From Prorocentrum cordatum (Eukaryota): DNA of 64,000 bases. The notes under the pieces are model-generated. The model had not been told where the DNA came from and made no database searches. It was given only the letters and a program-made list of their open reading frames with translations. Location of the stretch: positions 310,001-374,000 of the forward strand of contig CAUYUJ010000226.1 of the NCBI GenBank assembly GCA_963575745.1, given 5' to 3'. Below are positions 46,160 to 58,785 of the stretch, in pieces (the stretch's first letter is position 1; every line of letters begins with the position of its first letter). Made by a program: the position numbers and the translations under genes.

Positions 46160-49100
46160 ATGCTAGACAGTGATTCTGATGATTGGAACGCTAGTGGTGG
46201 TGGTCAGATCGTCGCGGCCCCTCCTGCATCAGATGCGCAGAGCGACGACGACGACTGGAACGCTGCAGCCGATCCCATCGATCGCCTCCCTGAGCTGGTA
46301 CCATGTCATGCGATTGTTGCAGTCCATCCTGCCCCTGCTGTCAGTGACGCGTGCGCACCCATTGCCGACGTTCCGCGACCAGACCTGGCGATGAGAAACA
46401 GGTTGCGCCAGAGACGACTAGATGGTTGCAGGGAAATCGTCCACACATATCAGGCTCAGGTTCAGTGCACGTCGAAAGCCAGGTCCTTATTACATGGTGG
46501 AGGTAGCAGCAACCATCTTGTTGAGAAGGCTCGGGCAAGTGCGTTTTACTTGTATAGAGGCCTTCGCAAGAAAGTTGCCGACCTTCTTTGCAGTGCAGTT
46601 CGTCGGTCTGGACTGGGCGGCTCTGGAGATGACAATTCGAAAGCAGTTGTTTACATCAGGCGCAGGAAATATGATGAGGCCCAGCAGCCTTGCGTCGCCC
46701 CGATACCTGCGGGAGTCGATGCGCCTGGCCACGACCTGTTAGCGATTCCCGACAATCGAGGGCACCTCTTGGACAAGCAAGACAAACGCCATAAGGTCAT
46801 GGTGAGTGAACTTGCTTGGGGACTCATCCTACGACGTCTTCGTGGAGATCGGTCCGAATACCTTACGCTGCTCGGTCGACTGCCTGCCATCTTACAGACG
46901 ATCGACAAGAACAATGGTGAGACAGTCGTTGAGAGCTTACGCCTGCAGAACTTCGAAGGCGAGTCCGATCTTGTCGCAGGCGTTGAGAGGGTAGTGAACA
47001 TCGCGTGTCACGACGAGGGCGCCCCGAATATTCGAGCAGAGCGATACCTCGAAGATCGAGCTGGGCCCTGTGAGACAACGCTCACCCTTCTTTGTCTAGC
47101 CCACAAAAAGGCCCAATGCAATGGGGAGTTAAACCTAGTTCAGAAACCAGTTGATTCACATCTTATCAGGCTGCAGTTGTCGATGCAAGGGTCGCACGGC
47201 TCGAATGTGATCGACGCCGCCCGAGCGATCATCCAGGAGAGAGTCAGAATCATTTCCGCCGACAGTTTGGGCACTGAGGCGCTGGACAGGATGGAGTCTA
47301 CTTTGCAGTTGTGCTTATCTGGTTCTACTCCGTACGACCGTTACCGCAGGCATGTTGTATCAAATTTGTTCTATGGAGATTGGGGCAAGCATGATTTTTT
47401 CAGAGTGGTTGATCGATACAATCTTGGTCGTCCACGGCTGGTTCAGATGCTGTGCACTTTGGGTTTGCAATGCTTGTTGCCGAGACGAGCTTGGAAGGTC
47501 TTGCAGCGCAACAATTGGACGGGCAGCGACGCATGTGTGGACCAGGTCTTGCTGCCCACGCTGATCTTCGGCATCTTCCCAGCGGCGTACTGCAGAGTAG
47601 CCGACGTCGATCTGGCTTCTGCAGGCGCCTGTGCACGAAGCTCACGGGGGGAGGTCCAGCGGGGGAGGACTTTCGGTGGCCCATCGGTCTCGCCTCCCAA
47701 TCGGTCGTCTTTCTGGGTCCTCGACCCCCCCCGTCGCTCTCCTCCACGGGGCACCTCTGTCGGGTCTTCGCTCGAGCTCGCCGTCGATATCGTGCCGCGT
47801 CCTTCGGCGATCCCCCTTGCGGCGTCGCCGCTCTCGCCCGTCTCGTCCTCTCCCCCTCGGTCGCCGAACCCGCTGGGGGGTGTCGATTGGGAGCGTGGGA
47901 TCGATGGTGCCGCTAGGTGTGGCCGCCGCTGCCTTGTCCAGTGACGTGCTCGGCGCTGCCGGCTTGGGCCCGTCCGACGTCGGCGACGAGGGCGAGGATG
48001 AGGAGAACTTATGGATGGAGGACTCGACCGATCGCAAGACGCGGACGACGTCTTGGATTCTGAGTGGCAGGTTTCAGGATGATCTCGTGTTGTTTCGGGT
48101 CTGCCTGCAGAGATCTATGCCATGGGTTCTTCGGCAACTTCGGTCTTCCAGCGTTTTTTTCGAGCGTGAACAGCAAGCTTGCTTCTTGCGGGACGGTAGC
48201 CGTCATTACCAGGCGATTTTACAGTACGAAGGCGAGGACAACGGCGCTTTCATGAATGGTATTGGCGACATGGTTTTCAAGGATTCCGAATTCGATCTCG
48301 TCAGCTGTCGCACCGAGTCCCAGCAGTTGATGGCATTCCTCATGAGCATTCGGCTGGGCGCTGCCGCGCACGAGCTTGTCATCACCAGATGTCGTAAGCC
48401 ACCCTATCCAACGTTAGCGGCTCTGAAGTACCCAGAGGTTCTTGATCGGCTGTCCAAGCAATGCCCGAACACATTGGACTCGTACACCAGAGGTTTCTTG
48501 TCTTTCTATGAAGCAGACATTCACGGAGCTGGCGCCAGGGCCGAACTTACTTCAGTGAACTGGCTGGCTGATACCGACACGAGCTCGACAGAACGAAAAC
48601 ATTCAGTCCAAGCCAAGAAAGCGGGTTCAACGACAACGAACAAAAAACACATCATGGATCTGAGTGCAGAGGTGTTCTTCTCGGAGGAGATGTCAACTGG
48701 CTTGTGGCGTTCGCGTCCGACTGACAAGGCTGCCCCTCGTGCGCAACCTTCTGGATGTCGAGGCGACCCTGAAGGCGGACATCAGCGTGAGCAGGTTTGT
48801 CGCATGGGGCCGTGGCGGGCGTTTCTTCATTGTTCTGGCTTGCCGATCAACCCATCATCGATGGCAGAACTATCACTTCTCTATGGCGGGTTGGACGAAG
48901 AGCAGATGCAGTACTACGAGCAGCTCGGTCGCATCATGTCAACGGTAGCTCGCGCTGGTGTACAGCTACGGCCACAGCGGAAACGGCCACGGATCGACGC
49001 GCTTCCGTTGGACGATGGCATGCCAGAGGGGTCAGCGGCAGACGAGCCTGAGGATCCAGACGCTGACGACGACCGCCGCCACGCCACCGCTAATTACAAG

Positions 49101-51064
49101 CTCTGCATGCGGGAGTTCCGCGACGTGCTCCGTCGCGAGAGGCAGGCGCACCGAGAGTTGACGTCCAAGCAGGTCGAGATCGAGAAGGAGGTCAAGGCTG
49201 GCTCGCCCGACCCAGCGACACTTTCAGCTACCATGAGGTCAAGGGTGCCCGTGAATGCCCCTACGCGTCCTACCGTCTTCGGTCTTAGTTTTTCTTGTTC
49301 TGCGTTTTGGCTCCCAAAACGGTGTGGGCTACGTGTCACGGGGGGGCGGGTGTGAGCATTCACGGGCGCCGCGATAGGTCGTGGCGCCTGATGGGCGCAG
49401 AGCAGCAGGCGCATTTCCAGGCGGAGCACGCCCATTCCCACTCTGCGTTCGTCACCCTTGACTTGTCCACCGATGAGGCGTTGGAGGCCGCTGGCGAAGC
49501 TGCTGCTGAATTTACGCAGGAGGCAGCATCGCAAGAGTGGAGGCGCCCCCACGCGCAGATCATGACATCGCGCGTTGAGAAACTCGGGAAGGCACCGACC
49601 ACTCGTACACAGTGTTTCGAGGCTGGCTATTGTGTGTGCCAAGGCGACCTCGGAAAACTCATGAGACTGTTCGTGGCCCGCTTCCGTGCTGCTCTTCGTG
49701 GCTTGAAGGCGGCGCTCGGCACGAAGAAGCACTTCAAGCGGCTCGTGAAAGACGTCCCGATGCTGGTTGTCAAGGTCGAGGCTGTGAATGGCGCTGGGGA
49801 GAACCTTGGATCTGACCTGTGGCTGCACGTCAGTAAGTATCGTGAACTACCAACGTTGTACCCTACCTTCTGCAATATGATTCGCCTCCCTGCTGAAGAC
49901 CGCCATGACTTGATTGGCGTGGCGCCAGTCCAGGACGGCAGGGTCCCAGACTTCGTCGACATTTGGGCGGTGTGCCGTCGCTTGCTACCCTTGGATGATG
50001 CGTTGAACCTCGTGTTCTACAAGCTCGTTGGGCAACCGCATGTACGAGTTCTCAGGGTAACACCGTCACGACAAAGGGTTCATCGATTGCATGTGGAGGG
50101 GGGCGCGTACCCAGCCATCGACATCTGGGACGGCGTGGAGGCCGAGGTGTACAAGCTTGACGAAGCCGAGAAAGCTGCCAGGGATCTTGCGCGCCGAGGG
50201 CGCGGTCGCGAACGAGGAGGCAGCCTTGGATGTGGCTCGGGTTGTGGTCGTGGACGGGGCGGTGGTGCACCAGCAGTGGCTCATGACGATGCTATGGGGG
50301 TGGTCGTGCATGGTTTGGACCACGGCGTCGACGACGAGCAGCAGCTTGCAGCGGCCGCCGAACCTGAATGCGCAGCAGGTGACGATGATGCCGCGTCCCA
50401 GCATGGATTCCATTCCGACTGTGGTTCCTCGGCAGCGCTATTCATGGACAGCGACGGGAGCGCTGACGACGACCTGTTCGAAGAGATGATGCGCGACAAC
50501 ATTGAGGATGACATCGGGTCCGTGCCATCGGATGTTGACTTGGAAGAACACATCGACCAACAGTTGTGCCAGTTCTCGAAGCCACCGTCTTCATGTCCAG
50601 GCAGCCCTGTCTCGGTGTCGGGCGACGTGCCGATGGAGCCGAGCGCGCCCTCCAGTGGACCTGGTCATGTCAAGGCTTCGCGTGAGCTCAAGTGGAACAG
50701 TAACGCCATCACCGTCAACACTGACCATGGGACCATCAAGTATTATAGGGTGACGAAGCGCTTGGTAGCAGAGCTGCCGCTCGCAGTGTTCAATGTGAAG
50801 ACTACGCAGGAGAGGTCGTGCAACGCATCTTTACATCGTTGCAGGGGGAGGCCGATCGGCTACTTGATGGCGTGGCTGATGCTCCCGAACGTGGAGGGTG
50901 GGCGAGCTCGCCATGTCCGAGGGTTCCAGGCGAGCCTCGACGTTCGAAAGAGATGCAGGGAGATGTTCAAAGCGATCGGTGGTCCCGAGGTCGAGTTCAT
51001 GTTGAACCATGGTGAGCGCGAGCTTCAGCCTGGGGAGCCAGAGGAGCCCGAGTCTGCAGACTGA
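46160..51064 (+). CDS. Large DDE transposase-like protein of the CxxH group (hAT/P/MULE/Kolobok-like) with an HMG-like segment; exons 46160-47624, 47917-49196, 49421-51064 (~1462 aa)
   Basis: YDE (46670), NNGETVVESL, CHDEGAPN (47009), CLAH (47093), NNW, TSSTERKHS (48591). Two AG|GC...AG|G introns join the three track ORFs in frame; an alternative second acceptor is at 49408. Confidence 0.7.
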
Positions 51065-54000
51065 GCAGACTCAGCACTTGTGAAAACAATGAAATCTCCT
51101 TGGCGTAATTGTTGTGGCTCCCATGCTTGCCGCCCGTCGGCGCCGTTCTTTCCTGTTGATGGGGCAGCGGTCAGCAAATGACGAGGTCAGAGCCAGATAG
51201 CTTTAGCGAGCGAGTGAGGAGAGGAGGAGGACAGAACCAGGAGGAGGACGACAAGGAGGATGAAAACGTAACAGAGGGGGGGGTGCCTTAACCCGATGGC
51301 GCCTTCATGAAGCGCGACGGTGATGGTCGTCAAGCGCGGGGGTGGCACGCCCACCGCGACGTTTTATCTTCTCTCGCCTTCTTTCTCTGTTATGTTTCCT
51401 CCTCCTCGCTTCCTCCCTCTTCCTCTCTCGCTCTCTCTTTCTCTCTACGACCTTTCTTTTCCCGCGCGCTCTCTCTTTCCATCGCCCCCTCTCGCCTTCT
51501 CTCTCTGCGGGGCCCCTGGCCGCCTCAAGTGGGCTTCCTCCTGCGCTTCCCTCTTCTCCCTGCCCGACCCACTGCTGACCACCTCATGCCTCCTCGCCGC
51601 CCTCACTTGGCACCCCCCCCCGCCTGGAAGGCTCGAAGGAGCAAGGACGTGTTGGTTTCTGATTGCGTCGTTGTATATTTTGTACTCGCCTGTCGGCGCT
51701 CCGACGTCACCTGAGGGGCTTGGAGGGGCCCTAAGATCTGGCCGACGATCCTGGCCTGGCGGGGGTGGGGGTGGGGCGAGCCCCCTTCTTCAATCTGGCA
51801 CGCACCGCGCTCCAGACAATCCGAATGTGGCCCCATGTAGGCCATTGATGGGCCCGCGCACGGAGGCTCAAGCACGAACATCTAACTAGCATTCGGCAGC
51901 ATTCGCGCCGAGATAACATGCCCAGGAAACGCACCCAAACAACAACACTGGTTTCAATATTCTGCAGTGGCGCACAATGAACAGACGTCGAAGTGCCTCC
52001 CCCCATGGCTCCTTTCCCCGCCCCAAGGCCCTAGACCCTAGACCCCCTATCCACCCTCACCCTCCCGCTCTCCCCCCCTTTTCCCGCCCCCCCCCCCCCC
52101 CCAGGGCCGCGTTGAGAGCACCAGTGGCTTCCGTGCGCATTTCGCACCACATAGCTCGCACCTGCGGCGAAACTTCACCATAATAAAATCAACTATATGA
52201 ATTCCGCGACGCGGCAGCGATCACCAAATGTCAACATGATCGCAACGCGCGCGCATGCCAGCCATGTGGCTGTCGCCGCTTAGTCCACTGAGTATAGATG
52301 TGTTCTCCGCGCTGTGTTTATCGCAATCCAAATGGCTGGCGCCGCCGCACTTCAACCATTGTTGTGGCTCAAGCGGTGCCTGCGATTTGCGCGCGCCGTC
52401 ACAAAACCCGCTTCGGTTAGGTGCCGTCAGGCTGCCCAGCAGAAGCGCGCGCCCATGCCTAGGTCGATGGACCTGCCTTATCTCGGAGGCATCGTAGCCA
52501 GTCGAACCCATCGCGCACGTCGCTATTATCACGCGCCAGAATGACAGGCGAAATGTTTAGGCGCTCGGCATGGCCCAACTCTGCCACATCATGGCGCAAG
52601 CGCTTATGTTCCGAGCCGCAGGGCGTTGGAGGATGCCACCGAAAGCGTCGCAGAGGGGAGTCGCGATGCAAACATATGGGTCATGCGCTGGCATTAGCCG
52701 CGCCGCTTGCCACGACGCAATACGTTCGCGATTATCGCGCGTGCCGTAGATGCGCGCCGAAAGCAATCACATTTGCACGTCGCGAAGCGCCGAAGAGCCC
52801 CACCTCAGTGCGTCGCGAAGTCAAAGCGCGTCGTTGCGCTTCGGTGCGTGAGCTGAATTACGCGGGGGCCTTGCGACCGTGACGCGCATGCAAACCAAAC
52901 GCTTGGCAGCGCATTTGCGCCCTCAGTCGGTTGTCGCGGTTTACTATGCGTCGGCGGCTCGCGCGTGCATATGCTAATTGTCAGCGGTCAATCTTGGTGG
53001 GCGTCACTGAGCTTGCGCCTTCAATCGCGCGCTTCTTTCGCGTGACAGCGCGTCAAGCAGAGGTTCGGCGACTATGCGCGCGCCATGCTGCGCGCGGGAC
53101 GCGCAACGCTCGCAATGTGTTTGGCCTGGCGCGCGCGGTTTGGGGCACTGTTTGCCGCGTGGGCCGCGCATTTCGCATTGCATGGCAGAGCTGCGCGCGC
53201 GACCCATGCGGCGTTTCAGGTGCTCCTGCAAGGATCGTTGCCAGCAGTACTTGCTGCGCGCGTGCATTTGCAGGGGCGTGCGCGGACTGGTGGCGGTGAT
53301 GGCGGAGGCGCGCATGCGTGCTCTTCTTGGGAATGCTGCGCGCGGGACAGCGCGGCCAACGGGGTGCGGGCAGGGCAGGGCGCGGGCGGGGCAGCGCGCG
53401 CAATGTCGCACTGCCAGCGCGACATACTTCACATTGCGACGGCGACAGGGGCCCTCACACGCTACACGTCGCGCTGGTACTCTCTTTGCTGCGCGACCAC
53501 CGTTGGTTGCGCTCGGGTTGTTGGCGCCAGGAGCCTGGCCTTTCAACCCGAGTGTCGGCGCCCAGGCGCCAGCTGACGTTCAAGCTCGCGGTGCACCAGT
53601 TAGATTGGGCATCTGGGTTGGGCTATGTCTTTCGACAGCCAGAACGGTTTTGAGATGCTGGTCGGCTGGCGTTGCGGTGGTGTCTTTGACTGGGCTTGGG
53701 TCGGTGGATGGGCTTTGGATGCGGGGTATGGTCTTGGGCCAGTGCCTCATGTTAGGTCGTTTGCGGCTTCGCGTGCCCTCATAGGATCTCCATTCGATTC
53801 TTGGCGGGCCAACGCGCGCTGATATTCCTGGCTCTGTGATCATGTCTCGTCTTTTCAATGCGGGCATGCGCGTGCGTGCGCGCGTGTGGTTGCGCGCGCG
53901 TTGCGGTTGGCGGCGGTGGCAGAAGCGGCGCGGGTTGGCGGGCGAGCGGGCGGCGCGCGCGCGCGTGCGGATGGGAGGGGGGTGGTGGTGAGGGTGGGGA

Positions 54001-54714
54001 GGGCAACGAGGTCGAGTCTTGTCGCAATTGGCCCTAGGGTTGCGCCACGCGCCGCCCCGATGTCTGCGGCGCGTCGCCCTCCCAACAAACTGGAGTGTCG
54101 CGCGGGCCGCGCGCTCTGCGGCGCCCGTGGCGGGCATGGCACGAAAGGAGGGGGGGGGGTGCGCAACAATGCAGGGCGACCGATGGGCGCGGCAACGCAG
54201 CGGCTGCTCGCATTTCGTCGGGCGCAAGTTCGCGAGGGCGCTTTCGTCGTCTGGAATCCAGCGCGGTGGCTAGTGCGAGATTGCAGTTCGGACTGCTTCA
54301 TCTCGCCGAGGGCGCGATAGGAACAATATCAGTTGTACCCCGCGCAGCTCTAAGCAGCAGGGCGGTAGTCGTAGCAGCAGTGATAAATTTGCACGCGCAG
54401 CTGCGGACGGGTAAGCTCAGGCGTCGCGGCAGCAACGCCCGTTTCCCTCGGGTTCGGCGGCGGTCTTTCCATTTCACGTGTCCGTGGGCGTTGCGCCGCC
54501 CGATGACATGTGGTTGCGCTCTTCTTCCGCATCCCGTGGGCTCGCTGGCGCCGCAGCTTCCACATTGGAGTCGCCCTTGCTCAGGGGCGGAGGTAAGGAG
54601 GCACAGGCTATCTTCACGTGATGGCAGTTTCAGGTCGACGGGCGTTGAATTTCAGGTTCCTGCATGCGCGCGACATGCAAAGCGTCCCGAACCTGATGGC
54701 CGCAGACTCACTTG

Positions 54715-55325
54715 CGACTGCGCGTGCGTGCGTGCGTGCGTGCGCGTGCGTGCGTGCGTGCGCGTGCATGCGTGCGTGGTGTTTGGGCGTGGAGGTGCGG
54801 GCAGTGCTGGAGCGAGGTAGGTGCGGTGGCGGGGTGGGGTGGGGTGGGGCGGGGCGGTGCAGTGGTTGTGGCGTGCGTGCGCGTTTGCACGTGGGTTCGC
54901 ATGACTGGCAAAGTCTGAGGGTTCGTCGGGCACGTAATCCGTTGCGAGAGGTCCTCCGTCGCGGGCGCGTGACGCAGCAGGGGCCCACGATGATGTTGAA
55001 GACATCTGCTTCGGTGGCGGCGGACTTACCAGCCAGTGCATCTGAGAAGGGCGCGGGGTGGGGGCGGTGGTGGGGTCGGGGGCGGCGGCGGTGGTAAGTG
55101 GGCGGTGTGGGGTGGGGTGGTGGTGGCGCGTGTGGGGGGCGGTGGTGGTCTGCGTGGTGAATGCGTGCGCGCGTGCTGCGCGTGCGTGCGCGCGTGCGTT
55201 CGCATGTGCGCGCGCGTGTTTGTGCGCGGGTGCGTCGGCGCGCGCGCGCGTTTTTGTATTTGTTTCGGGAGGGGGGGGAGGCGCGCGCACGCGGTGGCCG
55301 CGGTGGTGGTGGTGGTGGGTGGTGG
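54715..55325. repeat. GT/GC-rich low-complexity tracts, also at 58795-59900
   Basis: (GCGT)n, (GGT)n and G-runs, strongly G/T-skewed. Confidence 0.85.
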
Positions 55326-55670
55326 GGCAAGAGGTTGCATTGAATGGTTTGTTTCATTGGCATGCATGCGCGACGGGCCCCACGGCGCCATTCGACGCAG
55401 CGTTGCCATGCGCGTTCTGCGGGCCTGCGGCGCGCCAACGTTTGACGCGTCGGCCTGATGTGGTGGGTGCACAAGCGCATCGCGCATGCCTGTACTGGGC
55501 AGTGCAAGGACGCGCGCCCGCGCCCGATCCGAGCTCGGAGATGAACTGCCGACGGCACGGGCAACTTGGAAGAGCCATCGACGCCGACCCTGGGTTCGAG
55601 TTTTGGGCGTCGCGGCCGCAACGCGAGCGACCTCGGGGCAGCGTTTGAAGTTCACCCCCCAGATCGAGAA

Positions 55671-55940
55671 CGACCTCCCGACGACCTCCGAACCACCTCC
55701 GAACCACCTCCGAACCACCTCCCGACGACCTCCCGACCGTTTCCAGCCGATGCGCGGACGACCTCCCGACGACCTCCGAACCACCTCCGAACCACCTCCG
55801 AACCACCTCCGAACCACCTCCCGACCACCTCCCGACGTGTGCTGGCACAGAACGACCTCCCGACGACCTCCGAACCACCTCCGAACCACCTCCGAACCAC
55901 CTCCGAACCACCTCCGAACCACCTCCCGACGACCTCCCGA
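55671..55940. repeat. 11-bp minisatellite
   Basis: Tandem CCTCCGAACCA with CCTCCCGACGA variants. Confidence 0.95.
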
Positions 55941-56478
55941 CGGCGACGCTCCCGACGGCGGGTTTGGCGGCGACCCAGGACCTTCGTTTCGAGTTGGCGG
56001 AGGGATGCGCGATCTGCGTCGGGGGATCGTTTTGCCGCCGCGGCCATGCCAAAGGTCATTGGCACGCGGCCAATGGCGGGGACTCGGCGCGGTGGCGATC
56101 CGTGTCACGTCGGTTGTCAGATGCGCCATTGCGTTTCAAATTTTGCAAAGTACCCCCAACCCCTCCCACTCGAACTTTTGCAAAGTACCCCCCCGCGCAC
56201 ACGCCGCTGCCCCACCCTTGCCGAATGCATCTGGAATTTTGCAAAGTGCCCCCCCCGCCCCCCGTGCTTCCACCGTTCGAAATGTTGCAAAGTACCCCCA
56301 CCCCAGACCATTCGATGTTTTGCAAAAGCCCACCCCCCTCCCCCCGTCGCTGCCGCACCCTTGGCGTCTGAAATTTTGCAAAGCACCCCCCCCAAACCAC
56401 CGCGCCCCTCCCGCTCGAAAGTTCGCAAAGTACCTCCACCCAATCCCCCGCGCGCGCCCGCGCAAGTACGCGGTGCTG

Positions 56479-58785
56479 TATGGTTTCTGTATGGGGGGCC
56501 CAGGTTCTCCGCATGGGATCTGCATCGGGCCAAATACAATCCGCATGGGTTCTGTATCGGGGGCGATACAATGCGCATGAGATCTGTATCGGGCCCCATG
56601 CAATGCGTATGGGATCTGTATCGGGCGCCATATATTCCGCACAGGATCTGCATGGAATCCGATACAGTCCGCATGGGGTCCGTAGCGGGCCCCATACAAT
56701 CCACATGAGGTCTGTATCGGGTCCCATGCAATCCGTATGCGGTCTGGATTGGATCCCATACAGTCTGTGTGTGACCTGTATTGAGCCCGATTCAATACGT
56801 ATGCGATCTTTGTCGGGCCTCATACAATCCGCTTCGGGTCTGTGTCGGAGCCCATGCAATCGTTCTGGGATCTGTATCGGGACCCATGCACCATGCATGG
56901 GATCTGCTTCGGACACCATAAAGCTCGTATAGGGTCTGCATCGGACACCCTACAGCCCGCTTGGGATCTGTTTCGGATCCAATACGGTGCGTATGCGATC
57001 TGTACCAGGCCCCATACAGTCCGCATGGGGTCTGTGTCGGGCCCCATTCAACCCATATGGGATCTGCATCGGGCCCCATGCGTTCCGTATGGTGTGTGCA
57101 TGGGGCTCCATGTTCTCCGCATCGCATCTGTATCAGGCCAAAATCAATCCGCATGGGCGCTGTATCGAGCCCGATGCAATACATATGGGACCTGTTTCGA
57201 AGCCCAAACGATGCGCATGGGATCGGTATCGGGTGCCATGCATTCCGTGCAGGATCTGCATCGGATCCGATGCAGCCCGCATGGGGTCCGTAACGGGCCC
57301 CAAAACATCCGCATGGGACCTGTATCGGGTCCCATGCAATCCGTATGCGGTCTGGAGTGGATCCCATACAGTCTGTGTGTGACCTGTATTGAGCCCGATT
57401 CGATACGTATGAGATCTTTGTGTGGCCTCTTACAATCCGTTTCGGATCTGCATCCGAACCCATGCAATCCCTCTGGGATCTGTATAGGGACCCATGCAAC
57501 CTGCATGGGATCTGCCTCGGACACCATAAAGTTCGTATAGGCTCTGTATCGGACACCCTACAGCCCGTCTGGGGTCTGTTTCGGATCACATACAGTGCGT
57601 ATGAGATCTGTGCCAGGTCCCATACTGTCCGTTTGGGGTCTGTGTCGGGCGCCATCCAACCCGTATGGCATCTGCGTCGGGTCCCATACGTTCCGTATGG
57701 TGTGTGCATGGGCCCCCATGTTCTCCGCATGGGATCGGTATCGGGCCACATATAATCCGTGTGGGTTCTGTATCGGGCCCGATACAATACGCATGAGATC
57801 TGTATCGGACCCCACGCAATGCGCATGGGATCTGTATCGGGCGCCATATTCCGCACAGGATCTGCACGAGCTCCGATACAGTCCGCATGGGGTCCGTAGC
57901 GGGCCCCATACAATCAGCATGGGATCTGTATCGGGACCCATGCAGTCCGCATGCGGTTCGTATTGGATCCCGTGCAGTCTGTGTGTGACCTGTATCGAGC
58001 CCGATTCAATACGTATGCGATCTTTGTCGGGCCCCATACAATCCGCTTCGGATCTGTATCCGCGCCCATGCAATCATTTTGAGATCTGCATCGGGGCCCA
58101 TACAACCCGCATGGGGTCTGCCTCGGGCGCCATAAAGCTCGTATAGGGTCTGTATCGGACACCCTACAGCCCGTATGGGGTCTGTTTCGGGTCCCATACG
58201 GTGCGTATGAGATCTGTGCCATGTCCCATACAGTCCGTATGGGGTCTGTGTCGGGACCCATCCAACCCGCATGGCATCTGCATCGGGCCCCATACATTCC
58301 GTATGGTGTGTGCATGGGCCCCCATGTTCTCCGCATGGGGTCGGTGTCAGGTCAAATACAATCCGTATGGTGGCTGTATCGGTCCTGATGCAATACGTAT
58401 GGAATCTGTTTCGAAACCCAAGCGATGCGTATGGGACCTGTATCGGTTTCCATCATCCGTGCAGGACCTGTATCGGGCCCGATACAGTCCGCATGGGGTC
58501 CGTAGCGGGCCCCATACAATCCGCATGAGGTCTGTATCGGGCCCCATGCAATCCGTATGCGGTCTGGATTGGATCCCATACAGTCTGTGTGTGACCTGTA
58601 TTGAATCCGATACAATACGTATGCGATCTTTGTCGGGCCTCCTACAATCCGCATGTGATCTGTATCGGAGCCCACGCAGTCATTCTGAAGTCTGTATCGG
58701 GACCCATGCAACCCTCCTGGGATCTGTCTCGGTCACCATAAAGCTCGTATAGGGTCTGCATCGAACACCCTGCAGCCCGTGTAGG
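56479..58785. repeat. 32-bp satellite organised as a ~607-bp (19-monomer) higher-order repeat, ~3.8 copies
   Basis: Monomer ~CATGGGATCTGTATCGGGCCCCATACAATCCG; the variant CAGTCTGTGTGTGACC recurs at 56761, 57369, 57975 and 58581. Confidence 0.92.

Noticed and set aside
52356..52373. CCATTGTTGTGGCTCAAG SL-like word
   Set aside because: No credible downstream coding region was found, which also shows such words can occur away from genes.
52200..54820. Scattered ORFs up to 240 aa
   Set aside because: Arg/Ala/Cys-rich GC artefacts without codon bias or motifs.
56479..58785. CRISPR-like array of 32-bp units
   Set aside because: Units are contiguous diverged monomers with no unique spacers, no cas genes are present, and the context is eukaryotic.
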